DNA of 60,000 bases from Schmidtea polychroa. Taxonomy: Eukaryota. Below, in pieces: positions 1 to 9,870 of the stretch (position 1 is its first letter; every line of letters begins with the position of its first letter). The position numbers were made by a program, and so were the translations under genes. The notes beneath the pieces were generated by a model. That model worked only from the letters and a program-made list of their open reading frames with translations, did not search any database and had not been told where the DNA came from. The stretch spans positions 39,124,001 to 39,184,000 of the forward strand of contig CM097885.1 in NCBI GenBank assembly GCA_044892525.1, read 5' to 3'.

Positions 1-99
1 ATGCGTATCAGCAAGACTTGGATTTTAAATTGAATAGACTCTAAACTAACTATAAAAATACAAATCGTAAACCCATAAAAGTATAAATTATCCTCTCAA

Positions 100-780
100 T
101 TTCATAAAAATGTGAATTATACTTATAGATTTGATTTCTTCAAAATATAAATTATGATAAATTATAAAGGTATAAAGGTATAAATTATAAATTTAATTTC
201 TTGAAATTATAAATTACAAATTTATATTGACGATAAAAATTATAAATTATAACTCTTAGTTAATTATAAAAGTATAAATTATAATCTTAACTTCATGAAA
301 ATATAAATTATAAAATTATATTAGCTTTAAAATACAAACTATAAATTTAACTTAACTTCATAAAATATAAATTATAAACTTAAAAGTATAAATTATAAAA
401 TTATATTAGCTTTAGAAATCTAAACTATAAATTTAACTTCATAAAAATATAAATTATAAAACTATATTAGCTTTAGAAATATAAACTATAAATTTAACTT
501 CATAAAAATATAAATTATAAAATTATATTAGCTTTAAAATATAAACTATAAATTTAACTTAACTTCATAAAATATAAATTATAAACTCAAAGGTATAAAT
601 TATAAAATTATATTAGCTTTAAAAACATAAACTATAAATTTAATTTCATAAAAATATAAATTATAAACTTATATTAGCTGAAAGACTATAAATTATAATC
701 TTAATTTGGTCATAAAAGTATAAAATATAAACTATGTTAGCGATAAAAATATAATCTATAATAAGTTGTAAATATTTTAT
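100..780. repeat. Degenerate AT-rich tandem array (TATAAATTATAAA.../TATATTAGCTTTA units, about 60-65 bp period)
   Basis: Repeated 'ataaattataaaattatattagcttta..ataaactataaatttaacttcataaaa' blocks. The complementary low-complexity pattern recurs at about 20900-21140. Confidence 0.8.
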
Positions 781-1294
781 AAAATACCCCCCAAGTTACG
801 TAATCGTTGAAACAAATGTCCAGATTCATAATCTAACTTATGTACGTATATATGAAACTTATAAAGTATAATTTACATTTTTTCATAAGTAACCTCCTCA
901 AACTATACATTTGTCGAGGACAATATATATAGTAATAAATTAACTTATATATGTACAGTTATCAAACTTAATAATTCCTCAGGTCAACTAACCATTAATT
1001 ATTGTCTAAATACATTAATACATTACCTTTACGATATAAATTTGGAAAATTTTGATAAATGACCCCCCTTAATTCATGTAACCATCAACCACTACCTGAT
1101 ACACTCAGTTAGACTATTTAATATATATCCTTAACTTAGATTACCTATAAAATTATAGTTGAAAATTTTTCATCGAGGACCCTCCACAAACCATAAAGTC
1201 ATCAACTACCACCTAAATATATTAAATTAGCTTATTTTAATACATATTTAACTTATATTATATTTAAAAATGTAAATTGTAAATTTTTATGAAT

Positions 1295-2856
1295 AGTAGT
1301 AGGATGTGAGCTCCCCAGACCATGTCCCCTCCAGATCACATATACCCCCTCCCCCCCCCCCCCGGGAAAAAATTTTATTTTTTTTTTAGAACGATGCCTA
1401 ATATTTTTAGAACTATTACGTAATCAATGCCTAATATTTTTAGAACGATGCCTAATATTTTTAGAACTATTACGTAATTTTTTTTAAATTAAGTGATCCA
1501 GCGGGGACCTACTTTTTTTCTTCCCAAAAGTAATGTTCCCGCCAACAAATTTTATTAACCGATACCTCATCTTCAAGCTCAGTCCAAGACCTTTCGAATG
1601 AGCTATAGGTATCTTATATATCTTTAATAGTTTTAATGTTATTAACAATTGATGACCACCATCTTTTCAACGTTAAATTATTATTATTTTTCAAAATATT
1701 ATTAAGTGATCCAGCGGGGACCTACTTTTTTTCATCCCAAAAATTATTGTTCCCGCCAACATATTATATTGATCGATAGCTTATTTTAAAGCTCTGTGCA
1801 AGAACTTTCTAATGAGATATAGATTTTTATCATACGATGACTCATCACATTTTTAGAACAAAGACAATGACTCATCACATTTTTAGAATGATGTCTAATA
1901 TTTTAGAATGATGCCAAATATTTTTAGAACGATGTCTATTATTTTTAGAACGATGCCTAATATTTTAGAATGATGCCTAATATTTTTAGAACGATTACGT
2001 CATACTTTTAGAACGATGCCTAATATTTTTAGAACGATGCCTAATATTTTTAGAACTATTACGTAATCGATGTCTAATATTTTTAGAACGATGCCAAATA
2101 TTTTTAGAACGATGCCAAATATTTTTAGAACGATGCCAAATATTTTTAGAACGATGCCAAATATTTTTAGAACGATGTCTATTATTTTTAGAATGATGTC
2201 TAATATTTTAGAATGATGCCTAATATTTTTAGAACGATTACGTCATACTTTTAGAACGATGCCTAATATTTTTAGAACGATGCCTAATATTTTTAGAACT
2301 ATTACGTAATCGATGTCTAATATTTTTAGAACGATGCCAAATATTTTTAGAACGATGCCAAATATTTTTAGAACGATGCCAAATATTTTTAGAGCGATTA
2401 CGTAATACTTTTAGAACGATGCCTAATATTTTTAGAACGATGCCTAATATTTTTAGAACGATTACGTCATACTTTTAGAACGATGCCTAATATTTTTAGA
2501 ACGATGCCAATTATTTTTAGAATGATTACATCATACTTTTAGAACGATGTCTAATATTTTTAGAATTAATAATTTTGTTTTAATTATCGATGATTATATA
2601 ATTTTGTTTAAATCATTGATTATATAATTCTTTTGTTTTAATTATAGAATACGTAATAATATAATTTTGTTTAAATCGTTGATTACATATTATTATTTTC
2701 TAAGTTTTATTATTATTATTATTAATATTATTATTATGATTATTATTATATATACTCTTAATCTATCCGACAAAATATTCTATCCCTTTATGGGTATTGC
2801 TCATATGGGTAATGGTCAAAGGTGTACTACTCACACTCAACAAGTCACAAGGGTAC
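1295..2856 (+). repeat. Left terminal inverted repeat of the Polinton (~1.55 kb, imperfect)
   Basis: AGTAGTAGGATGTGAGCTCCCCAGA..TATACCCCCT(C)nGGGAAAAAA mirrors 14955-15036. 1490-1830 mirrors the 13670-14930 modules. 2761-2856 mirrors 13181-13262. Confidence 0.9.
1850..2565 (+). repeat. ~20-bp tandem array (AATATTTTTAGAACGATGCC variants) within the left TIR
   Basis: More than 30 near-identical units read directly. A short copy lies at 1385-1475 and a single inverted copy at about 13608-13634. Confidence 0.95.
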
Positions 2857-2930
2857 TGTTCACAAAATTACTTGTAAAAATATTCAAGACAAAACTTTCT
2901 AAATTCTAAATATTATTCTTTAAATATTCA

Positions 2931-3289
2931 CTAAAATTTATTAACACATTCACATTCATCATCTCCACAGTTCATAACATTTTCAACAACATGATCTATA
3001 CAATCCCTATATACACACGGTTCAGTATCCGTAAATTCCTCCATAGGTTCATCAATTTCTTGAATGCTTTCCTCATCATCTTGAGTGTTTTCTTCATCTG
3101 TTTCATCAAATTCCGAATCTTCACTCTCTGCTACCCAGCCGATATTTAATGCGTTTGTAACAGATAATATGTCCTCAATTTTCACACCAGATATTTCTGC
3201 TAACTTTTCCAATAAAAAGTTTATTATAAATTCTAAATATTAAATAATTCGATAATTAACTAATCATATTAACCTTTTTCTGTAGTCAT
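2931..3289 (-). CDS. Small acidic protein with Cys-containing C-terminus; two exons (3289-3274, 3232-2931), 41-nt intron 3273-3233
   Basis: ATG ACT ACA GAA AAA G|GTTAAT...ATTTAG|AA TTT joins in frame to the listed ORF, giving MTTEKEFIINFLLEKLAEISG. Function unknown. Confidence 0.65.
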
Positions 3290-3385
3290 TATTAGTATTT
3301 TAAAACTATAGTATATATTTGTTTATAGAAAATATAGAATATAAGCGAAAACAAATATGACTAAATACATTTATTAAATACAACA

Positions 3386-3805
3386 TTAAAATAACTGTGA
3401 AAGTCTAGCAGACATAATTTTCCAAATTGGAGAATACACATCATTATTATCAACTTTATATCCTTGGATTGTAATTGTTATATACCAATTTTCGTTTTCT
3501 TTGAAACTGATTTCATCAAAGGAATCATAAAATTTTGCATATCGGTTGTTGAAAAATGCATTTTGATTGCATGATAGATTCGTATTCAACCTTTTGAAAA
3601 CATCATCTATGGTTTTAATATCTAACATTGAAAGCGTGCCGGTTAAGAATTGAAATTGGGTAGGAATTAGCTTGATCGGTGACACCAATTTCATATTGAT
3701 TTCTTCTTTTAAAAAATACATTTTGTAGTTGTGGAACATTTGAACAGGTTGTACAAGTTCTGGAACTACTTTTGGTTTTTCAGTGCTTGAAATTTTCTTG
3801 GTCAT
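3386..3805 (-). CDS. Hypothetical viral protein, possibly a T7 gp2.5-like OB-fold ssDNA-binding protein
   Basis: 139-aa ATG ORF with TATAAAA about 40 nt upstream. The C-terminal 'ITITIQGYKV...YSPIWKIMSA' pattern resembles viral OB-fold SSBs. The fold call is tentative. Confidence 0.5.
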   Translation of the reverse strand: MTKKISSTEKPKVVPELVQPVQMFHNYKMYFLKEEINMKLVSPIKLIPTQFQFLTGTLSMLDIKTIDDVFKRLNTNLSCNQNAFFNNRYAKFYDSFDEISFKENENWYITITIQGYKVDNNDVYSPIWKIMSARLSQLF

Positions 3806-3913
3806 TGTGAATTATGATTAAAATGAAATGGTACAGGGTTTTTATACCTATGACTATTGTTTATCATCCAATCAGATTGCAGTATGTTTTTGTTTTAATT
3901 GAATGATAAATAA

Positions 3914-4378
3914 TTAATTAAGTGATAATAAAAAATCTAAAAATTCTTTTCCTTCAATTATTGATTTAATTTCAGATATGATATTATCAACTATACATTT
4001 GTAATCAATATTTTTTATTCCAAGAATTACTATCTTACCACTAGCGAATATATTTACACACATAGGGTTATATTTTATATATCTCAAAGCTGGAAATAAT
4101 TCTGGTTCATAAAAGCATGGTATTAATTTAGCTAATTTATTTAAATTACAAGAAAAACCTATATCGGAAGTTACGGTTATCGATTGTATTTCTAAATCAT
4201 AAACATTATATTCACTAGCTTTGATTATTTCCTTACACCCCATAATTCTACATTTACCAGTTTTGAAATATATTATTGGATATTTATTACTTCTATTGAT
4301 AAGTTGTTGTGGTTTCCCTATTGGAAATACCATTTTTGATACATCAGTTTTTGCCCTGTAATTTATATTTGAAAGCAT
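3914..4378 (-). CDS. Virus-encoded divergent TATA-binding protein (TBP)-like factor
   Basis: YEPELFPALRY...VNIFASGKIVILGIK matches the TBP C-terminal repeat (YEPELFPGLIY...LIFVSGKVVLTGAK). IIYFKTGKCRIMGCK matches the N-terminal repeat. Confidence 0.9.
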   Translation of the reverse strand: MLSNINYRAKTDVSKMVFPIGKPQQLINRSNKYPIIYFKTGKCRIMGCKEIIKASEYNVYDLEIQSITVTSDIGFSCNLNKLAKLIPCFYEPELFPALRYIKYNPMCVNIFASGKIVILGIKNIDYKCIVDNIISEIKSIIEGKEFLDFLLSLN

Positions 4379-4482
4379 TTTAATGAAATAATTTTAAAAA
4401 CTTTGATATATATAGGTATTTAAAAACAGAGTTCATTTAAATTATCAATATAAACAATAATTATATAGTTTAAATTTAAAAA

Positions 4483-5121
4483 ATGGAATTACGAAATGAT
4501 GCAGTATACCAAATCGTTGGTCCAAGTGGTAGCGGGAAAACTTTATTTGTTTGTAAATTACTAAAATCAAATTTGTTTAAAACAAAATTCAACAATATTT
4601 ATTGGCATAGGGGCGCCGACGAAGAACACGGATTGACGCAATCAAGTTTCTGTCAGTTGAAAAACATGAAAATAGTAAAGGGCTTTGATAAAAACTGGTC
4701 AAGTCGTTTGAAGAAAGATGATGTCATCATTATCGATGATTTGTATCAAGAAGCCAATAAAGAAAAGGATTTTAATAATTTATTCACAAAAATCAGCAGA
4801 CATGTTGGTGTAACAGTTATTTTCATAACACAAAATCTATTTCATCAAGGTGGTGCACATCGAACACGTAATTTAAATGTACAATATTTAGTTATTTTCA
4901 AGAATCCTAGAGATGCAACTGTCATTGATTTTCTTGGACGACAAGCATACCCTAATAACCGTAATTTTCTTATCAATGCATTTCAAGATGCTACGAAAAT
5001 ACCGCATGGGTATATATTTCTCGATTTCACACAACAATGCCCTGATGATATACGGGTAAAAACAGATATTTTCAACCCAAAAGGTGCCATGGTATATAAA
5101 CAAAGTTCAAAACAAAGTTGA
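4483..5121 (+). CDS. A32/FtsK-like DNA-packaging ATPase
   Basis: Walker A GPSGSGKT, Walker B IIIDD, and the LFTKISRH, FITQNLF and FKNPRD motifs typical of Polinton ATPases. Confidence 0.96.
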   Translation: MELRNDAVYQIVGPSGSGKTLFVCKLLKSNLFKTKFNNIYWHRGADEEHGLTQSSFCQLKNMKIVKGFDKNWSSRLKKDDVIIIDDLYQEANKEKDFNNLFTKISRHVGVTVIFITQNLFHQGGAHRTRNLNVQYLVIFKNPRDATVIDFLGRQAYPNNRNFLINAFQDATKIPHGYIFLDFTQQCPDDIRVKTDIFNPKGAMVYKQSSKQS

Positions 5122-5134
5122 AAACATATAAATC

Positions 5135-5629
5135 ATGTTTTCAAAAACAAGGATATCGGGTAAAAAACAACCAAAAGTTCCACCAACAACTAGTTATACT
5201 CCATCTAAAGAACTTATTACAGAAAATTTTCCTGCAATGAATCTTATTTCGAAAAATCCTAAACCTAAACCAAAAAGTAAAACCACTAAGAAAGTAAAAG
5301 TTGTTAAAAATCATCGGAGTTTCCCGTTTTTCAATACATTGTTAAAGGCACCAAGTATGAAAAGAAACAGTATTTTGCAATCTTTTCCAAATTATGTTGT
5401 CGATGATTTACTCGATATTATACTTAAAGTAGTCAAAGGCAAGATTAAAATCAGTAAATCTAAAAAGCAATTATTGAGTAAACATAGGAAACCTTTGCTA
5501 TCATTAGTAAATAATAAAAATCGTCAACAAATGAGAAAAATTATATATAAACAACAAGGGGGATTTATCGGTGCATTGATACCTTTAGCAATATCATTAT
5601 TAGGTGGAATAATAGGAAGTCGATCATAA
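5135..5629 (+). CDS. Basic core protein with C-terminal GG-F amphipathic peptide (adenovirus pX-like)
   Basis: Lys-rich body ending QQGGFIGALIPLAISLLGGII, similar to the adenain-cleaved hydrophobic tail of adenovirus pX and Polinton core proteins. Confidence 0.7.
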   Translation: MFSKTRISGKKQPKVPPTTSYTPSKELITENFPAMNLISKNPKPKPKSKTTKKVKVVKNHRSFPFFNTLLKAPSMKRNSILQSFPNYVVDDLLDIILKVVKGKIKISKSKKQLLSKHRKPLLSLVNNKNRQQMRKIIYKQQGGFIGALIPLAISLLGGIIGSRS

Positions 5630-5690
5630 ACAATGGGTGCTAATCCTTCATTACCAGACATTAAATTTAATATTAAATCTTCTTGTTGTA

Positions 5691-6746
5691 ATGGAGAAGA
5701 TTTGGACGAACCCAGAAGACGAAGCCGGTTTCGGTGGAGTGGCAAAATTAAGGAAAAGAGTTCCGAATTCGAAAAAGGAAACTCAGAAGTGGTTATCAGA
5801 CCAGCTTGCGTACAGTTTGAACAAACCAATGCAGAAACGATTCCCAACAAGAGCATATAAAACATATGGAATAAATGATTTATGGCAAATGGATTTGATG
5901 GAGATGATACCCTATTCGAAAATTAACAATGGGTATAAATATATTTTAACCTGTATTGATGTATTCAGTCGGTTTGCCCGAGCAATACCCGTCAATGCAA
6001 AATCTGCAGATGAAATGTCCAAAGCTGTTAATCATTTATTTAAAGATGGACATCCTAAAAACTTGCAAACTGATTTAGGTATTAATATTATTATTTTTAT
6101 TATTATTATTATTATTTTAGGTAAAGAATTCTACAACAGTAAAGTCAAGCAAATCCTCAATAAATTGAAAATAAACCATTACTCAGTACATTCTCAATAC
6201 AAAGCTGCTCATGTTGAAAGATTTAACCGAACTTTGAGAGATAGATTAAAGAAATTATTCGTGCATCAAGGTAATAAAAAATGGGTATTGGTTTTACCAA
6301 AAATAATAACCAGTTATAATCACTCATCACATCAAGGACTGAATGGATTAAGGCCGATTGATATCACGTCAAAAACAATCTATTCTAAGAAACCTGAAAA
6401 AATTACAAAACCGAAATATAAAGTAGGTGACCATGTTAGAATTAGTAAAATTAGTGCATCACCATTTATTAAAAATTTTGATACGAATTGGAGTGATGAA
6501 GTCTTTGTAATTTCAAAAATAAATACTAAACAGAATCCTGTAATGTATGTCATCAAAGACGATGATAACAATATTGTACAAGGAAAATTTTATGAACAAG
6601 AATTACAAGTTATTCCTCCTCCAAAAGTATTTAGAATTCAGAAGATATTGAAAACTAAAAATAAAGGCAAGGATAAACAATACTATGTCAAATGGCATGG
6701 TTATCAAAACCCATCATGGATATCAGAAAAGGATCTAGTAAAGTGA
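5691..6746 (+). CDS. Retroviral-type (rve) Polinton integrase with C-terminal chromodomain; 42-nt intron 6079-6120
   Basis: WQMDL, IDVFSRF, LQTD-GKEF and VERFNRTL DDE motifs; YYVKWHGY...SWI chromodomain. Removing GTATTA...TTTTAG restores TDLGKEF. Confidence 0.95.
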   Translation: MEKIWTNPEDEAGFGGVAKLRKRVPNSKKETQKWLSDQLAYSLNKPMQKRFPTRAYKTYGINDLWQMDLMEMIPYSKINNGYKYILTCIDVFSRFARAIPVNAKSADEMSKAVNHLFKDGHPKNLQTDLGINIIIFIIIIIILGKEFYNSKVKQILNKLKINHYSVHSQYKAAHVERFNRTLRDRLKKLFVHQGNKKWVLVLPKIITSYNHSSHQGLNGLRPIDITSKTIYSKKPEKITKPKYKVGDHVRISKISASPFIKNFDTNWSDEVFVISKINTKQNPVMYVIKDDDNNIVQGKFYEQELQVIPPPKVFRIQKILKTKNKGKDKQYYVKWHGYQNPSWISEKDLVK

Positions 6747-7759
6747 ATTTTTATACTATTTTACCAAGCAATAGTTGCCCGCTTATTCATCCAGATAATC
6801 AAGCCAGTAAATTCATGGTCAATCTCCAGAATCCGATTTCTTTAAATGGGGACTGGGAAGTTGCACTGCAAGATTTTACATTCGTGTACAATACATTCCC
6901 ATTTTATAGTCAATGTAAGATTGATTTCAAAAGGAATGCTATGAAAACATGTAGTGGTATCTTTATTATCAGTAATTATGATAAAACATATCATATTCCG
7001 AATCAAATATTAGATCAGCACTGCTCTATGTTTTACAAGGATGGATTAAATATCAGTTGTGATTTTAAACCATTTACAATAACATTCGAATATATTGAAG
7101 ATGCCAGACGAATGGGTTGCAATAAGTTGAAAAATGAAGTTATGGAAACAGAATATTTATTACGCTTTGATCTATTTGAAGCAAACAGTGTAATGAGAGA
7201 AGAAATCAAAATTTCAGTGTCGTATAATAATGAAGTTGAAGAATCATTCACCTTCGCTGACGAATTATATATTGATAAACTTGATGTGTTACTTAAATAT
7301 TTAAAGTATAATTGTTCACACATATTTAAAAGTTTGGATATTGTGAAAGATTTGTTATTTACCTTCAGTTTGAATGATGACATTTGCGAAGTTACATTTG
7401 ATAAAAATTTGACAAATACACTTGGATTAGAGAAGCAGCAATATCGGGAAAAATCGGCTGGTATACGTAAACCAAGAATACTTGAACATCATCAACAAAT
7501 GTTCATATATACTAATATTATTGAGCCTATAATAGTTGGTGATTCCAGTGTTCCTCTATTGAAATCGGTGTGGATTGGAAAATATGAACATGATGAAGTT
7601 GTCAATATAAATATAGATAATCCCATGTATTTACCAATTTCAAGCTCATGTATAAACAATATAGAAATAAATATTCGTGACGATAGTGGAAAACTTATAA
7701 ACTTCCCAAAAGACTCAAAAACTCATTTGACACTACATTTTCGTAAAGTAGATGGCTAA
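6692..7759 (+). CDS. Minor capsid protein (penton, PX-type)
   Basis: FYTILPSNS...PDN..SKF.V.L..PI.L.GDWEVAL N-terminus and FIYTNII....VGD..VPLL / IEINIRD..G..I.F / LTLHFR C-terminus. The true start is uncertain (ATG 6692, or near 6743). Confidence 0.9.
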   Translation: MAWLSKPIMDIRKGSSKVNFYTILPSNSCPLIHPDNQASKFMVNLQNPISLNGDWEVALQDFTFVYNTFPFYSQCKIDFKRNAMKTCSGIFIISNYDKTYHIPNQILDQHCSMFYKDGLNISCDFKPFTITFEYIEDARRMGCNKLKNEVMETEYLLRFDLFEANSVMREEIKISVSYNNEVEESFTFADELYIDKLDVLLKYLKYNCSHIFKSLDIVKDLLFTFSLNDDICEVTFDKNLTNTLGLEKQQYREKSAGIRKPRILEHHQQMFIYTNIIEPIIVGDSSVPLLKSVWIGKYEHDEVVNINIDNPMYLPISSSCINNIEINIRDDSGKLINFPKDSKTHLTLHFRKVDG

Positions 7760-8114
7760 TTCCGATATTATTAGTATGTATAGTGATAGCCAATCTGGCG
7801 GTGAATTACCATATTTTATTGGTAAACAGTACGGATCAGGTTGGTTAAAAACAATAGGGAGATTTGCACTTCCTATTCTTAAACGTATTGGTAGTTTTGG
7901 TATGAAAACTGCAAAAGATGTGATTATGAATGAACAGAAAATATTATCATCCCTAAAAACAAATGCTTTAGCTGAATTAGGTAAGGTTCTACCTGGAGTT
8001 GCTGGTATGTTTCAAAAAGATACGCCTCCAGTCCCAGCTCCAAAACGTAAAGGACATGGAATAACACGTATAAACAAACGAATGAAAGGACATGGAACTA
8101 TATTTGCAAAATGA
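7752..8114 (+). CDS. Small Polinton virion protein with amphipathic helix (PW / pVI-like)
   Basis: QSGG and QYGSGWLKTIGRFALPILKRIG motifs; overlaps the penton stop and the hexon start (ATGA). Confidence 0.7.
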   Translation: MANSDIISMYSDSQSGGELPYFIGKQYGSGWLKTIGRFALPILKRIGSFGMKTAKDVIMNEQKILSSLKTNALAELGKVLPGVAGMFQKDTPPVPAPKRKGHGITRINKRMKGHGTIFAK

Positions 8115-9334
8115 TTTGTGGTAAATCCGAATTATGTATATTTGATAGACCGTCGCCCCAGGCAGTAATAGAATTTGGTGCCTTTGAGGAAGTTTTTCCT
8201 ATGAATTCAATTACTGATAGTAGAAATGATATCGAGTTTTATATTAATGGTTCGCAAACTGAATATTTAGATTTGAACGATACTTTATTGACTGTTCAGA
8301 TCAAGGTTGTAGATAAAGATAGAAAGGTTTTGGATGCCAATGCAGATGTATTACCAAACAATTTCATGTTTCATACTCTGTTTAAAGATGCAGTGTTGGG
8401 ATTTAATAATATCAAGATTGAGGGTGGAAATAATACATTCATTCACAAGGCTTTGATAGAAACTATTTTAAATTACAATTCAGATACTAAAAATACCTGT
8501 CTTACACCTATGGGTTATGCAGCAGCAGATGATGAAAGAAAAAAGTGGGTTAAAGGCTCAAAAGTATTCACTATGTGCTCATCATTACAACTTGATTTTA
8601 TGGATCAACCGAAATATTTACTACCGGGAGTTAATATACATATTAGACTGAAAAGGTCTGATTCTGCATTGTCTCTTACTAGTGCAACTGGTGCACCAAT
8701 ATGTCAATTAGTTGATGCAAAATTATTGGTGAGAAGAGTTCGAGTAGACCCGTCAGTATTAGCTGGTCATCAATTGGGGCTTAATTCAAAACATGCAATT
8801 TATCCTTTAAAATCAAAGGAAATTGTACAATTTGCTATTGCTAAAGGTGCTTCATCATTCTATAAAGAACAAATATTTGGTGACAGAAGAATGCCTAATT
8901 TTATTCTGGTAACATTTCAAAGTGAAACGCAATATAATGGATCGTATACTGCTTCCAGCTCAATTTTCAAAAATTTTGGTGTTACTTCATTGACTTTATC
9001 GAAAAATACTGATTATAGAGAAACATATACTCAAGATTTCGAGAATGATAATTACTGTGCGACATATATGCAGAGTATTGTTAGAAATCTGGGTTATTTA
9101 GATAAAAACTTGAATTGTGGAATAACTCTTGAAGAATTTAAAAGCAAATACCCATTTTTCACATTTGTTCTAGCTCCCGATTTTGATTTAAATCAGAGTC
9201 AATTACCACAAAACGGGAATTTACGACTGGATATAAAGTTTGCAAAGGCCATTACTGAACCAGTACATGTTATAATATATGGAGTATTTGAAAATGAAGT
9301 TCAAATTACTGCAAATAGAACCGTGCTAGTATAA
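8111..9334 (+). CDS. Major capsid protein (double jelly-roll, hexon-like)
   Basis: KSELCIFDRPSPQ...IEFYING...YLDLNDTLL, QPKYLLPGV and GNLRLDIKF motifs of Polinton MCPs; 407 aa. Confidence 0.92.
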   Translation: MICGKSELCIFDRPSPQAVIEFGAFEEVFPMNSITDSRNDIEFYINGSQTEYLDLNDTLLTVQIKVVDKDRKVLDANADVLPNNFMFHTLFKDAVLGFNNIKIEGGNNTFIHKALIETILNYNSDTKNTCLTPMGYAAADDERKKWVKGSKVFTMCSSLQLDFMDQPKYLLPGVNIHIRLKRSDSALSLTSATGAPICQLVDAKLLVRRVRVDPSVLAGHQLGLNSKHAIYPLKSKEIVQFAIAKGASSFYKEQIFGDRRMPNFILVTFQSETQYNGSYTASSSIFKNFGVTSLTLSKNTDYRETYTQDFENDNYCATYMQSIVRNLGYLDKNLNCGITLEEFKSKYPFFTFVLAPDFDLNQSQLPQNGNLRLDIKFAKAITEPVHVIIYGVFENEVQITANRTVLV

Positions 9335-9746
9335 ATGTATACAGAAACATCAAAAAGTTGTCATGGAGTAAGTTTTTCAATACTGTTTAATTTATTAAAG
9401 TAGTTCTGTTCAGGTCAATAGAATTGGAAAACAGATATTGGGAAATGAATTTGTAGGAGTTTTTCCTCTCGATAAAATCCCATATTTGAGCAATAATCAA
9501 GCCATAATCGTCAATACTCAATCGTCTCATCTTGGTGGAGAACATTGGATTGCTATATATGTGAAACCTAGTAATATATTCGTGTTCGATCCTATGGGTT
9601 TCTATTACCCTGCTTTGTTGGTATCAAAACTACAAACAATGGGGAAACCTATTGTATATAATAAAACAATGTTTCAAAATCCCTTGACACAAACATGCGG
9701 TCAACATTGTTTAGCTTGGTTGTTGTATAAAAAATTTGATGATTAA
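9335..9746 (+). CDS. Adenain-like cysteine protease; two exons (9335-9367, 9414-9746), 46-nt intron 9368-9413
   Basis: FVGVFPLD, GEHWIAI (His), VFDPMG (Asp) and Q...CGQHC (Cys). The ATG directly follows the MCP stop, and GGA|GTAAGT...TTCAG|GTC joins in frame. Confidence 0.9.
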
Positions 9747-9774
9747 TAAATGTATTTTGTATCCTTTGTTGTTG

Positions 9775-9776
9775 TT

Positions 9777-9869
<93 letters not shown>

Positions 9870-9870
9870 T
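9775..9870. repeat. (ATT)n microsatellite
   Basis: Read directly. Similar tracts at 13268-13372, 15325-15470 and 20500-20640. Confidence 0.95.

Noticed and set aside
3914..4378. Interpretation as the host's own TBP gene
   Set aside because: Far too divergent for the highly conserved cellular TBP, intronless, and enclosed by viral TIRs and a TSD.
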